Shown piece by piece: positions 38,579 through 48,710 of a stretch of 64,000 bases of DNA. Under the pieces are notes generated by a model. The model did not search any database, was not told where the DNA came from, and saw only the letters and a list, made by a program, of their open reading frames with translations. The translations under genes were made by a program, and so were the position numbers. The stretch is from a virus: IMG/VR virus record IMGVR_UViG_3300008050_000036, positions 1 through 64,000 of that record, one strand, 5' to 3'. Position 1 is the first letter of the stretch. Each line of letters begins with the position of its first letter.

Positions 38579-41500
38579 TTAAGCATTGGGCGGTTGAGGG
38601 GGCAAAGAAGCGGGGATAGGCACTTCTTCTTCTTCTTCAAGAGGAACATTTACATTTGCTTCTTTTTCAGCCTCATGTTTTGTTTTTTGAGGGTATCTAA
38701 GAATAGCGGCCGGTCCTTCTACTTCTAATTCCCCTTCAATTTCTTCCCCTGCATCATCAGTAGTCTGTAATGTAATGTGTAATGGTTGTTTAGGCATATC
38801 GCCTTCTTCTGATTGGTAAGGGTCATAAAATGGGGTGGCTTCTTCATCAACCAATTCAGTAGGACCTCTTGGTGCATTATGAGCATCCATCATACCTGAC
38901 CAGCCCCCACCAGTCATAGCCCCTACTGCAATTGCAGAACTAATTGCCTTTTCTTCAATCATTTCATCGTCAAGTGCTTCATTAACAGACCATTTACCAC
39001 CTTCGGTTTGTTCTAAACCATATTCGCCTCCAAAGTCATTAACCATACTACTTGTTAATCCCTTAACTTTTGTTTTCAATTCAGATAGGGTCAGGGCCTC
39101 ATCATTATCCATAAGGTGTTGCTTGGCCTCAGTCAATTTTTCTTGAGAAGCACTACCTTCACCACTTGGCTCTAATAATGAGGCTTTAGTGAATAATAGG
39201 GTATTCAACGTGGGTATCGTTGGAGGATAGGGGGTAATCTCCTTAATATCATATTTACAAAGGTGGGCTGCTACTGGACCCCACAATTCGAATTGATGTT
39301 CAGCGTGGCGACCTAATGGGTTATTTGGTTTGATTGATTTAAGAGTTAATGTTGAACCATCCCACTCACTATTTACCACAACTGGTGAAGGGTGTCCTGT
39401 GTATTCTAATATCACACTACCGTTCCTACGGCTTACATGGGGTATAAGCCCCTTTGTAATATCATCACCATTTACAGTATATAATATCCATTTGTGGTGA
39501 ACTTCTTTACCTTTCATAAATGTAGAGGTAGCATCTCGCAACCACACATCACCTTTGATACTATCAATACTTTTCTTTAGCCCGTCTTGGTCCGTGAACT
39601 TACAATTAGCGGGCATAGGGAATGATACCCCTTCATCTGTTTCATACATTGTTCGCAAAAGATTTAACCTATCTTCAAGCATTTCCATGTGTATATCTTC
39701 ATCCTTATGCACTAATAGGTCAATAGCCCTAAACTTTTTGCCTTTTAATACCCCATCAAAAGTGCAATTACCTTCTTGTTCTCTAATGCCTTTCTTTACA
39801 ATATCCGGTAATTTTATTTTGCGCCCTTCTTTGTTAATACCTTTTACTTCATTACCTTTCTTAGAAATAATAACTCTCTTGCCTTCAGGCTTTTCCTGAA
39901 TAACCCAATTACCACTAAAGCCCTTTAAGTCGCCTATATCATGTAAATCATAGATTGTGTGCGCTGGATTGATTACCTTTCGAAAAATACCAGTAGGTTC
40001 ATAATCGTCTGATTTCCATATATCCCCACTAACTATTGGTGCATGGCCTTCATCATTTGTCACAAACAATGCTGGTATATTGTTTTGTTTGGGGGTGGTA
40101 GGATAAGGCAAAATTGTAGGATTTACCATATTTACATGTCCTTCATGGGCGGTTCTTTGTAGAGTATCAAACGATTTATCCTTTATGTCAAAACGCACAT
40201 TACCACCTTTACGGTCATAATTCCAAGCAAGGGTGGTGGGCATTTTATGGCCCCAAGCATCTTTATCGCCGGTTAGATAGACTGGTGGGGTTGTTGCTTT
40301 TGAAGTAGGGTGAACTGGACCAATAGGCACATGTTGTTGATTCAAGCCCCCCGCCAACACGCTTGGGGCTATTGACTTTAATTTCTCATGCCCATTACGC
40401 ATCAACTGGTAATTAGCGGCTTGGGCTAATTGTTGTATATTGCCTCTCGCTACTGTGACTCCCCTTACATCAGAAGGGTGAGCATTAAACAAATCCGGAT
40501 TATCCTTAGTCAAAGCAATAGCCATTTCTTGCATTACTTTGCCGAGGTTTTCATCGGTCTTTTCATAATGGTCGTTGTGATAAGCGTGGTATTGTTCATC
40601 TCCGGGGTGGCGTTCTTGGCTCATACCATTACGAGGCATCCCCATATCACTATGGGCAGATACAATACGACCTAATGGTTGAGTAATAAGTGCCTCCGAG
40701 GGAATAATCATCCGTTTGCCACTACCTTCAACTTCCGAAGGGTGTAAATGATGATGATTAGATACTGACCCCCAAAGACCCCTACGAGCATTAAATGATT
40801 TAACGCGTGGGTGTTCAGACCCTACCTCCCATCCAGTAGCAATTGCAGAACGATGAGGGTGTCCTTTCATTGATTCGTGGTTAGCGGTTTCGGGGAAGTA
40901 TGATGAACCGCTACTGTGGTAAGCATCTTCACTATCATTTAATGGGTGGTTTTCATTTTTTAAGAAGTCCAGCATATCGTTGCCTACCCACCCATCAAAA
41001 GCATCGGGGTATGATTGCTTCATTACAGAAATGAGAGAATCGTGCCCACGCCCTACACCTCCCCAATACTGAAAGGGATTCCACCAATGGTGGGTATGAG
41101 AAGGCGCAATACCTCCATTTTCTTCAACAAAGGGCGATTTGAAATGTTTTAGGTCGCTATTCATATCATCTGCCGATACCGGACCATGACGGTCTGATGC
41201 CCTTTGCCACCAACGGGCAATAGGTAAGAATCGCTCAAAGTAATTGCGTTTTGCTCGCCCCCAAGACATACCAGTAGCGGCGGGCATATCGTTAATTATT
41301 TTCTTTGCGGCGGGGCTATTAGGTGATTCGGTTTGACCTAATTTACGCAACATTCCCATAAATGCTTCATTTTGGTCAGGGGATTGCCATTCTGTCCCAA
41401 AAAGATATGAAAGCATACCTAAGTTATTCCATTCCTTCTTTTTTACATCAATATATTCATCATCCGAAATAAATGAGTGACGGGTTTCTTTGTCATTTTT

Positions 41501-42055
41501 ATACAATTGGTGTTGTGATTCGTGGGGTCGCCCCATTATATCTTCATAGGTTTGTGGTAAAACACCCATCTTTTCTGCTTCTTGCATGGTTTGTAGTATT
41601 GTTTTTCCTTCTTCATCTTCTTCAATTAGATGTAATAAATGGTTAATAAATGCAGGTTCGCCCCATTGTGCGCCATGAAGTAGGGGGCAAGTAGGCAATT
41701 CCCATGAAAAGGGGTGTCTTTTACCAAAGGGGTTTTCTTTATGTGGCTGCGGCCAATCTTGAGTATAAGAAGTAGAGAACTTGCGCTGATTACTCATATA
41801 ATCGTCATATGCTTCAGGTAATTTGATATTTGTTATGAATGAGGGTTTATTGAGGTCATTCATACGATATTGGGGTTTTTGTTGGATGATTGAAGGTAAT
41901 GCGCTCATTAGTGCGGCATCTTCTTTGAGTAATGGCTCATCAGGTCCATAAAACTCTTTGACCGCTTTTAAGAACTTATCTGCATCAACTGGTAAATTAC
42001 CAACTAATGCTACTGCGGTATCTGTCCTAATGCGAATGAACTCTTGGTTATCCAT
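38579..42055 (-). CDS. Large head-module protein containing a degenerate ATP-dependent ligase-like nucleotidyltransferase domain
   Basis: WVIQEKPEGKR, CTFDGVL, FRAIDLL, LEDRLNLL and HKWILY at about 39480-39915. Confidence 0.7.
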   Translation of the reverse strand: MDNQEFIRIRTDTAVALVGNLPVDADKFLKAVKEFYGPDEPLLKEDAALMSALPSIIQQKPQYRMNDLNKPSFITNIKLPEAYDDYMSNQRKFSTSYTQDWPQPHKENPFGKRHPFSWELPTCPLLHGAQWGEPAFINHLLHLIEEDEEGKTILQTMQEAEKMGVLPQTYEDIMGRPHESQHQLYKNDKETRHSFISDDEYIDVKKKEWNNLGMLSYLFGTEWQSPDQNEAFMGMLRKLGQTESPNSPAAKKIINDMPAATGMSWGRAKRNYFERFLPIARWWQRASDRHGPVSADDMNSDLKHFKSPFVEENGGIAPSHTHHWWNPFQYWGGVGRGHDSLISVMKQSYPDAFDGWVGNDMLDFLKNENHPLNDSEDAYHSSGSSYFPETANHESMKGHPHRSAIATGWEVGSEHPRVKSFNARRGLWGSVSNHHHLHPSEVEGSGKRMIIPSEALITQPLGRIVSAHSDMGMPRNGMSQERHPGDEQYHAYHNDHYEKTDENLGKVMQEMAIALTKDNPDLFNAHPSDVRGVTVARGNIQQLAQAANYQLMRNGHEKLKSIAPSVLAGGLNQQHVPIGPVHPTSKATTPPVYLTGDKDAWGHKMPTTLAWNYDRKGGNVRFDIKDKSFDTLQRTAHEGHVNMVNPTILPYPTTPKQNNIPALFVTNDEGHAPIVSGDIWKSDDYEPTGIFRKVINPAHTIYDLHDIGDLKGFSGNWVIQEKPEGKRVIISKKGNEVKGINKEGRKIKLPDIVKKGIREQEGNCTFDGVLKGKKFRAIDLLVHKDEDIHMEMLEDRLNLLRTMYETDEGVSFPMPANCKFTDQDGLKKSIDSIKGDVWLRDATSTFMKGKEVHHKWILYTVNGDDITKGLIPHVSRRNGSVILEYTGHPSPVVVNSEWDGSTLTLKSIKPNNPLGRHAEHQFELWGPVAAHLCKYDIKEITPYPPTIPTLNTLLFTKASLLEPSGEGSASQEKLTEAKQHLMDNDEALTLSELKTKVKGLTSSMVNDFGGEYGLEQTEGGKWSVNEALDDEMIEEKAISSAIAVGAMTGGGWSGMMDAHNAPRGPTELVDEEATPFYDPYQSEEGDMPKQPLHITLQTTDDAGEEIEGELEVEGPAAILRYPQKTKHEAEKEANVNVPLEEEEEVPIPASLPPQPPNA

Positions 42056-42068
42056 TTTTTTAGCCCCC

Positions 42069-42833
42069 TTATTGGAGGCGTTTCGCAACCTTTTCTATTA
42101 GGTCGGCTATTTCATCCACAATGCCCGGATTACCATAACCGCCCGCCTTCTTCAATTGTGTTAATGATTCTTCGATTGGTGCTTTATTCCAATTGCCAAG
42201 TGAACGGTTGCCCCCATCAATGAGGTGCATATGTAGGCTGCTGCCTTTTTCATCATATCCTGTTTGCGATACAGAAGGGATTTGGGCTTTTTCACTAATG
42301 AATGACCTTTTGGGTGCTTCGGTTTTATAATCAGGCACTACTTGATTTGTGCTATAATTAACTGCTTGTATCGGAGTGCCGCCGCTATGGTCTTGAAATG
42401 TAGGAACGGAATTATCAATTGAACCTTCTTGTTCATATTTAGCAAAAATACCTTTGGTTTCAAGGAACTCGGTTGTCTTATCTATACATGCACATTTCCC
42501 TTTTTTTGTTTTAGTGCTATTACAATCAGCACAATCATTAAGCAGACCATCACCAAACATGCCGCCTGAGTAGCAATAAGAACAATTGGGTTGGCCGCAT
42601 GGTTTTGCTATTGTGCAATTTTTTCCCTGTGCCTTTTCCATATCCTTCTTGGGCTTGTTATGCTTCTGCTTCTTGGATTTAGGCAACTTAGGTAATTTTT
42701 CATCACCACGATTTGGTTTGAAGTCAGATGTTTCGGCACAACCGAGGTTCTTTTCAATTGATTTAACAAGTATGAGCAATTCTCCTTCAGGGGTCGCCAG
42801 TGGGTCTTTCCATGTTGGTTGCATATTATTCAC
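42069..42833 (-). CDS. Hypothetical head-module protein with Cys cluster
   Basis: Coupled ORF with several hydrophobic-x-K-[SAG] sites. Confidence 0.65.
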   Translation of the reverse strand: MNNMQPTWKDPLATPEGELLILVKSIEKNLGCAETSDFKPNRGDEKLPKLPKSKKQKHNKPKKDMEKAQGKNCTIAKPCGQPNCSYCYSGGMFGDGLLNDCADCNSTKTKKGKCACIDKTTEFLETKGIFAKYEQEGSIDNSVPTFQDHSGGTPIQAVNYSTNQVVPDYKTEAPKRSFISEKAQIPSVSQTGYDEKGSSLHMHLIDGGNRSLGNWNKAPIEESLTQLKKAGGYGNPGIVDEIADLIEKVAKRLQ

Positions 42834-43180
42834 CTATATCGTTGTGCTGATGGTGAAGAAGGGGCAGGTAATTCTGCTTCCATCTTTCGCCATTCTTCTA
42901 ATTCTTGTTGGTGGTCGCTTTTAGCAAGCATATCACTATTGAAACCAAATACCTGTTCATCGTTTTGGTCGCGGTGTAGTGGGTCAAATGTTTCATCAGC
43001 CAATGGTGTGACCGCCCTTAACCACCCTGCCTTTTTCATCATTGTTTCAGGGTCATCAACTGCTTTGAGTAATGATGTATTATGTGATTCTAATGTTTCA
43101 ATGCGCTTCCGAAGGGTGCGAATCTCCCCTACCATTTCTTTGAGAAGGTCTGCCGTTGCTTGCCCAATATCACCAGTCAT
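42830..43180 (-). CDS. Hypothetical coiled-coil head-module protein
   Basis: Coupled ORF; LLKE, LLKA and LAKS sites. Confidence 0.65.
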   Translation of the reverse strand: MTGDIGQATADLLKEMVGEIRTLRKRIETLESHNTSLLKAVDDPETMMKKAGWLRAVTPLADETFDPLHRDQNDEQVFGFNSDMLAKSDHQQELEEWRKMEAELPAPSSPSAQRYR

Positions 43181-43181
43181 A

Positions 43182-43769
43182 TTACATTCCCCCCATTCCC
43201 ATTGGACCGGGCATAGGCATTCCGCCCGGAGGCATACCCGCTGGTCCGGCTTGCGGCATATTCATCAATGCGCCTAAATCTATTCCGGGAGGCAAACCCC
43301 CGCCCATTCCGGGTTGGTGATTTACCATCGAAGCGTCTTTATGTGCGATAACTGTTAGTATGTTTCTTGCATCTTCAAGCACACTTCTAAAAGCCATAAG
43401 AGATTCACTGTGAGCCATTACTGCATCACTATCAAGTCCTTCGGTGTATTTGCTTTGCCCAATAGTGCCGATGTGTGCGGTTATGTCTGTCGCAAGGTCA
43501 GTCATTCTTTGTTCCCAATCGGCCAAAGCCTCTTTATTATTAGGATATACTTTACCACTGGTAAGTGCATCCAAATCTTCAGGCATTGGTTCGCTTGGCA
43601 TCATGGGCGGTGGTGGTGCTGGTGAAGAAGTAGGTGGTGATACTGCGGAAGGATTAGGCACTGTTTGACTAACGCCCCCTGCCCCTGCATCTTGTTTTTG
43701 TAATAGAGAAGCCCCAAAGTCTAATACTTTCATGCGGTCAGCAATAGAAGGATTAGCACGATAAGCCAT
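43182..43769 (-). CDS. Hypothetical Pro/Gly/Met-rich head-module protein
   Basis: ORF with GGAGTGA RBS and a low-complexity C-terminus. Confidence 0.65.
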   Translation of the reverse strand: MAYRANPSIADRMKVLDFGASLLQKQDAGAGGVSQTVPNPSAVSPPTSSPAPPPPMMPSEPMPEDLDALTSGKVYPNNKEALADWEQRMTDLATDITAHIGTIGQSKYTEGLDSDAVMAHSESLMAFRSVLEDARNILTVIAHKDASMVNHQPGMGGGLPPGIDLGALMNMPQAGPAGMPPGGMPMPGPMGMGGM

Positions 43770-43774
43770 TAAAA

Positions 43775-44158
43775 TCACTCCGTTTGTGGTCGCCAAATGT
43801 TAGATGAGCGACCCATACGCGATACACCAAGAACTACTGCCCCTTCTGACCCGTCATAATCGCTGGTTGTTTCTTTGTGAATACCTATATTGCCAAGAGG
43901 TTGTCCCTCTCCTTGAATTACATTTTCATCACTTTTTGCGATAGCAGCAGAAGCCTCCATTGATTTAACGAGGTTTAAGTCGCGCTCAAGGATTTCTAAT
44001 GCGTTTTTGGCTTCTGTAATATGTTTCGCTACATCATCACTATTGTTATGTGCAATAGCAATTTGCATGGCCTCCATACTCGCCAAAGCCCTACGAGCCA
44101 TTGGGTCCATTTTCTTTATCAATCCAAAATCAAGGAAGCCTTCTACCATCTCAACCAT
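43775..44158 (-). CDS. Hypothetical head-module protein
   Basis: ORF downstream of the portal gene; LIKK, LVKS and IAKS sites. Confidence 0.65.
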   Translation of the reverse strand: MVEMVEGFLDFGLIKKMDPMARRALASMEAMQIAIAHNNSDDVAKHITEAKNALEILERDLNLVKSMEASAAIAKSDENVIQGEGQPLGNIGIHKETTSDYDGSEGAVVLGVSRMGRSSNIWRPQTE

Positions 44159-44195
44159 ATACTCCCAAAGCGCACTATTTAATGAAGGTTGCCTC

Positions 44196-46010
44196 TTAAT
44201 CAATGCCTAAACGATTATCTATGTCCTTAATTTTTCTATCCACATTAGATATTCCCGGTGGGTCTAAATCCCTTGCATCACCTTTACTTTGCCCAAACTT
44301 AGTAGAACCACCCCATGCTTTCTTTTTATGGTCCGGCGACCTACCACTACCCTTTCTATGTAATGCGTTTTGGTTCAACCCTATACTACGTAGTGGTGGT
44401 AATTCCGTTCCCATTGTGGTTCGCAATGAACCCGAAATAGGAACAGAACCATGAATAGGGTCAGTGACATTCCTTTTCATAATATCCATCATTGAAGGTG
44501 GCAATACCCATTCGCTTGTTTGAACTGGGGTTGGGCCTCCGCCATGCTGACCTGAAGGCATAGGTGGCCCCTGTCCTCCCTGTTCGGGTGGTGCGGCTGG
44601 TGGGGGTGGTGCTTCTTTGTAATCAAATCTTAAACCAGCCACTTGTTCATCACGGAGGTTAGCCTCATAGCCCGCTTGTTTCATTTGCATCATGTTTCTA
44701 ATTTGCATTTCATCCTTACGCATAAGCAAAATCTCATCTTCTTCTTCATGTGGTGTCAAATCAATAGTCCATTCCGTGATTTGTAATGCTTCAAGTAATA
44801 GAGGGAATAATCTAAAATTATACATATTTTGACTGGCGGCTAAAGTGCGGTTTGTCACTACAATTTGCATACCTTCGTTATTCAAACCACCGCCCGATAC
44901 ATCATTCATAAACACATTAGAAATACCGTAAAACGATGAAATGCGTTGGCGTATGTCGTCTTTGATGGGGATATACTGCAATTCTTCCAGTGTGTCCATC
45001 ATACGGACATATTCAATGCCCCCACGCCCACTTTCTGTTTCAACCCCAATTGTAGGTATGTGTTGAGGGTCACGCTCAAGATGTTCCTGTATGTTTCGTG
45101 CCGTTCTCTCCACCGTTTCAAGATTGGATGATTTGATAACCATTACACCTCTTGGCATTCTGCGCTTTTGATATGCTGCATATACATAATTATCCATAGC
45201 AATTAGAGTATTGACTTGTCGCCATAATGTAGCAACGGGTGAACGGCCATATAATTTAGATGGCGACCATTTACTCAAATGTATTACTTCGCCTTCGGTA
45301 TAGACCTGCCCTTTACCTACACCTGCAAGATTCATATAATGAATAGGCACAACAGGCAAACCTGTTTTTGGGCATTTTTCATCTTTATCACTTGTGCGGA
45401 ATGACCTATCTAATAGACTGGTATATTGTTTTCCTCCCCTTATGCCCCGCTTATCACTAACAATACGCATAAAAATTGGGTCTGCTCTTGTAATTTCTTT
45501 TATTCTGTAAAATTGCGGTTTGCCTGAAGTAGGGTCCACAAAGTATTCTTTGGTGAGAATAATGTAGGCATCATCAACGATATTCAAGTCCATTTCAATT
45601 TCACGCAATACTTCAAGAAAAGATTGACCCATTCGGTTGTCATGCTCAAGCAATACCTTTGCATATTCTAATTGTCCTTTGTCTGCGGGGCGCACTTCAC
45701 CTTCACATTCAATACAATTATCCACTTCTTTTTGGTATTCTGTTTCGCATTCCCTACACTTTACCACAAAATTAGATTTCCAATCCCACCCTTTACGGAA
45801 TGTTTCGGTAGCCAAATGGTTAAGAATAGAGCGTAATACTAAGCATTCATAAGCCGCAGCGTATAGTGCAGGTATTGTAATTCCCTGTAATAATGCCGGT
45901 TCTTGCACACCACTGGTGAACAAAGGCATTTCAGGGGTTGGTGTGCTATGGCGTTCCATATCCACCCCAAGAGCAGAAAAGAGCCGTTCAATTCGCTTTT
46001 TATCAACCAT
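44196..46010 (-). CDS. Portal protein with Zn-ribbon insertion
   Basis: DLNIVDDAY, EVIHLSKWSPSKLYGRSP, RMPRGV and ISSFYGISNVF; CREC..CIEC insert; downstream of TerL. Confidence 0.9.
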   Translation of the reverse strand: MVDKKRIERLFSALGVDMERHSTPTPEMPLFTSGVQEPALLQGITIPALYAAAYECLVLRSILNHLATETFRKGWDWKSNFVVKCRECETEYQKEVDNCIECEGEVRPADKGQLEYAKVLLEHDNRMGQSFLEVLREIEMDLNIVDDAYIILTKEYFVDPTSGKPQFYRIKEITRADPIFMRIVSDKRGIRGGKQYTSLLDRSFRTSDKDEKCPKTGLPVVPIHYMNLAGVGKGQVYTEGEVIHLSKWSPSKLYGRSPVATLWRQVNTLIAMDNYVYAAYQKRRMPRGVMVIKSSNLETVERTARNIQEHLERDPQHIPTIGVETESGRGGIEYVRMMDTLEELQYIPIKDDIRQRISSFYGISNVFMNDVSGGGLNNEGMQIVVTNRTLAASQNMYNFRLFPLLLEALQITEWTIDLTPHEEEDEILLMRKDEMQIRNMMQMKQAGYEANLRDEQVAGLRFDYKEAPPPPAAPPEQGGQGPPMPSGQHGGGPTPVQTSEWVLPPSMMDIMKRNVTDPIHGSVPISGSLRTTMGTELPPLRSIGLNQNALHRKGSGRSPDHKKKAWGGSTKFGQSKGDARDLDPPGISNVDRKIKDIDNRLGID

Positions 46011-47292
46011 TGATTATATCCTCCAACCAAGAATCTAAAGTATCAATAGGCACATTCCATGCTTTGAGTAATGTGGTTTGGTGTTGTAAGTCGGCATGTT
46101 GAAATGCTAATATGCGACCCGCATTTTCATTTCCTTCAAGAGAAGCAAGAATTAAATGGGCTTCGGTTTTCTTTTTATTCAAAAATGGCAAAGCGAGATT
46201 TGCTGCCTTTATCACGGCTTGGTCGCCCTCAATCACAAATTGCTTGCCCTCCCACATAATACCCTCTACACCCAATTCCCTTTTTAGCACAACGGTATAA
46301 TCTTCTGCTCGCTTTGAATTAAAAGGTAAAAATAAACGAGGTGAACCAGTGGGTGACATTTCCACCCTACCTTCAACCTCCCATAAATTACCAATAAAGG
46401 AGTCATATTCTTTTAAGAAAAGTGGGGGTTTATTTGTGCCATAATATAATGTCCTGTCGTCATTTTTAGTGCCTTTACCTACTACTTTAAGGTCATATAA
46501 ATAGCCATAGGCTTTTATCAATGAAGCAACTTCTTGTGTAGTGCCTTTTACCCCATATGAACTAATGGTTTGGGCATTCATGTGACCGTTTTTTGTTAAA
46601 ACCTCATTACATGCCTTAAGGATGGTTCGCTCTCGCCTACTTATCCTATTTTCAGCATTAAGGCGCATATCCCATGTTTTCCAAATCTCATCCACTTCTT
46701 CATCAGTATTGGCTTTCTTTAGAGCCACTATGGTTTGGCGTAATGGTAATTCTAAACGGTCAGGGTATTTAGCCAATAAATTATAATCGTTATCTTGAAG
46801 GCGTAAAGTAATTTCATCATTATCATACCACCATTCATATTGCTTCAAAATAGCCCGTTGTTCAGCACGTAATAATGCTAATACACTTGGTATAATCTCA
46901 TGTTCACCACCTTTTTCTAATAATTCTACTAATTTTTCACCCCTTATACCGAAAGTGTCTTTGAAGTATGTTTTTGATAATTGGGGCGGAATAGGGGGTG
47001 CATCGGCAATAACACCGGGTTGAGTGGGTGTGCTTTGTTGTGCATTACCTTGTAATCCAGTTATGTCAGAACCTTTAGTGGCTTGAGATGGTAAAGGAGT
47101 ATTGTCTTGACCCTGCGACTCTTGTTGGTTGTTCATATCTTCCATAGCCTGTGTCAATTCTTTTTCTTTTTGTTGAACCTTCAATGAAGCGGGGTCAGTT
47201 CCTCCGCCCGTTGGTAATAACTTCACCAAAGAATCATTTATTGTTTTTATGTCCGGATTCCATTTTATTTGTTTCATTCCGAACCACCCCAC
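46003..47292 (-). CDS. Protein with C-terminal degenerate LAGLIDADG-like domain
   Basis: FIGNLWEVEGRV..LKRELG..G..W..LALPFLNKKKTEAHLIL resembles a single LAGLIDADG domain. Confidence 0.55.
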   Translation of the reverse strand: MGWFGMKQIKWNPDIKTINDSLVKLLPTGGGTDPASLKVQQKEKELTQAMEDMNNQQESQGQDNTPLPSQATKGSDITGLQGNAQQSTPTQPGVIADAPPIPPQLSKTYFKDTFGIRGEKLVELLEKGGEHEIIPSVLALLRAEQRAILKQYEWWYDNDEITLRLQDNDYNLLAKYPDRLELPLRQTIVALKKANTDEEVDEIWKTWDMRLNAENRISRRERTILKACNEVLTKNGHMNAQTISSYGVKGTTQEVASLIKAYGYLYDLKVVGKGTKNDDRTLYYGTNKPPLFLKEYDSFIGNLWEVEGRVEMSPTGSPRLFLPFNSKRAEDYTVVLKRELGVEGIMWEGKQFVIEGDQAVIKAANLALPFLNKKKTEAHLILASLEGNENAGRILAFQHADLQHQTTLLKAWNVPIDTLDSWLEDIING

Positions 47293-48704
47293 CCTAATCT
47301 TTTAGTCCATGCTTCGGCATCCAACATAACTATATTATCTCTATACTCTTTTGTTGCTTGAACTGCTAATGCTAATGCAATTACTGTGTCATCGTGCTTG
47401 CCGAGCGACTCCATCTTACCGTTTGGCAACAATGTGAACATTGACAACTCATTTAAGAGGTTATCCATGTGTCGGCGTGTTGCGCCTTCATCTTTGTATG
47501 GTAATGCCAAATGCCGTTGTTCGAAATGTAATTGTAAAGTGTGCATTACTGCTTCTTTACGCATACGGCTCATAGTGAATGGTTTTATGGGTAAATCACT
47601 TATTTCTTTTAATACTTGATGAAATGCTTGAGCGAAGTTATTTGTTTCTAATTCAATAATAACTGGGTTATAGCGGGCATTCAATTCAATAACTTTGTCA
47701 ATTTGAGAACTAAAGTCCATCCCCTTTTCGTGGTGCATCCATACCACCCGTTTATGGCGGTTAGCATCCATAGCAATAACAACCATACAAGTGTAATCGG
47801 CTTTTCTATCAGGGCTAATCGCAGGGTCCCACCCAATATAATAATTAACTTGTTCATCATCATCACCATCCATAAGAGCGTTGAACTCCAAAGCCCTGCT
47901 GGTATCTTTACAAGACTCTAACATATCTTCAGGGAATAAACTCGATTCACTGGCTATCGGCTTACATAAGTATTCTCTTGTGAAAGCAATAGAAGTCATT
48001 TCGCCCCTACGAGTCTGCAAGGCTTCTAAAGACCAGCGTTCAGGCCAAAGTGGATTGCCACTTTTTTCATCAATGGCGGGATATTCCCCCACCCAATAAC
48101 CTTTCAAACTCCTTAATTCTTGGTAAAGGTCAGTATATGAAAAAGGTGTTCCTACAATACATAATTGTGCGGTGTGGTGAAGCACTGGTAAAAGGGCAGT
48201 ATAGAACCAAGTAGCAATATGGGCTAATTGTGTAGCGGCTTCGCTTGAAAGTATATCGTCAAGCACTACAATGTCGGGGTGCGCCCCACGAACCGCTTTA
48301 CCCACAGACATAGCATGAATACTGGATTTATTAGTGAACTTGAACTTCTGTTTATTCCAACCTCTTTTTGGTTTAAGGTGCGCTAAAGCAGGAATAGACA
48401 TTATCATTTCATCCATTTTAGCCATGTGTTCAATAGACTGGTGCTGACTGTGTGAAAAGAAAAGCACTTCTGTTCCGGGGTTATAGGCTAATTTCCATAA
48501 CAAATAACATCTAAAAAAAACGGATTTGCCGTGGTCGCGGCTCGCTATAACGCATACTTTGGTATTGTTTTCTGCCGCATCAAACCATTCTTTATGAAAA
48601 GAAGCCAACTGAAAGGCACAAATATCTTCAAAAAAGTATTGAAAATCACGCCGCCCCATATCCCAATCTACTTTATTGGTGAGGTCTAAAACAGCATCCG
48701 ACAT
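47274..48704 (-). CDS. terL: Terminase large subunit
   Basis: Walker A ASRDHGKS, Walker B VVLDD, GTP coupling motif, nuclease IGWDPA and HDDTVIALALA. Confidence 0.95.
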   Translation of the reverse strand: MSDAVLDLTNKVDWDMGRRDFQYFFEDICAFQLASFHKEWFDAAENNTKVCVIASRDHGKSVFFRCYLLWKLAYNPGTEVLFFSHSQHQSIEHMAKMDEMIMSIPALAHLKPKRGWNKQKFKFTNKSSIHAMSVGKAVRGAHPDIVVLDDILSSEAATQLAHIATWFYTALLPVLHHTAQLCIVGTPFSYTDLYQELRSLKGYWVGEYPAIDEKSGNPLWPERWSLEALQTRRGEMTSIAFTREYLCKPIASESSLFPEDMLESCKDTSRALEFNALMDGDDDEQVNYYIGWDPAISPDRKADYTCMVVIAMDANRHKRVVWMHHEKGMDFSSQIDKVIELNARYNPVIIELETNNFAQAFHQVLKEISDLPIKPFTMSRMRKEAVMHTLQLHFEQRHLALPYKDEGATRRHMDNLLNELSMFTLLPNGKMESLGKHDDTVIALALAVQATKEYRDNIVMLDAEAWTKRLGWGGSE

Positions 48705-48710
48705 AAAACA

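Noticed and set aside
44196-48704. Intein or group I intron in terL/portal
   Set aside because: Both genes are continuous and of normal length, with no C/S...HN splice motifs.
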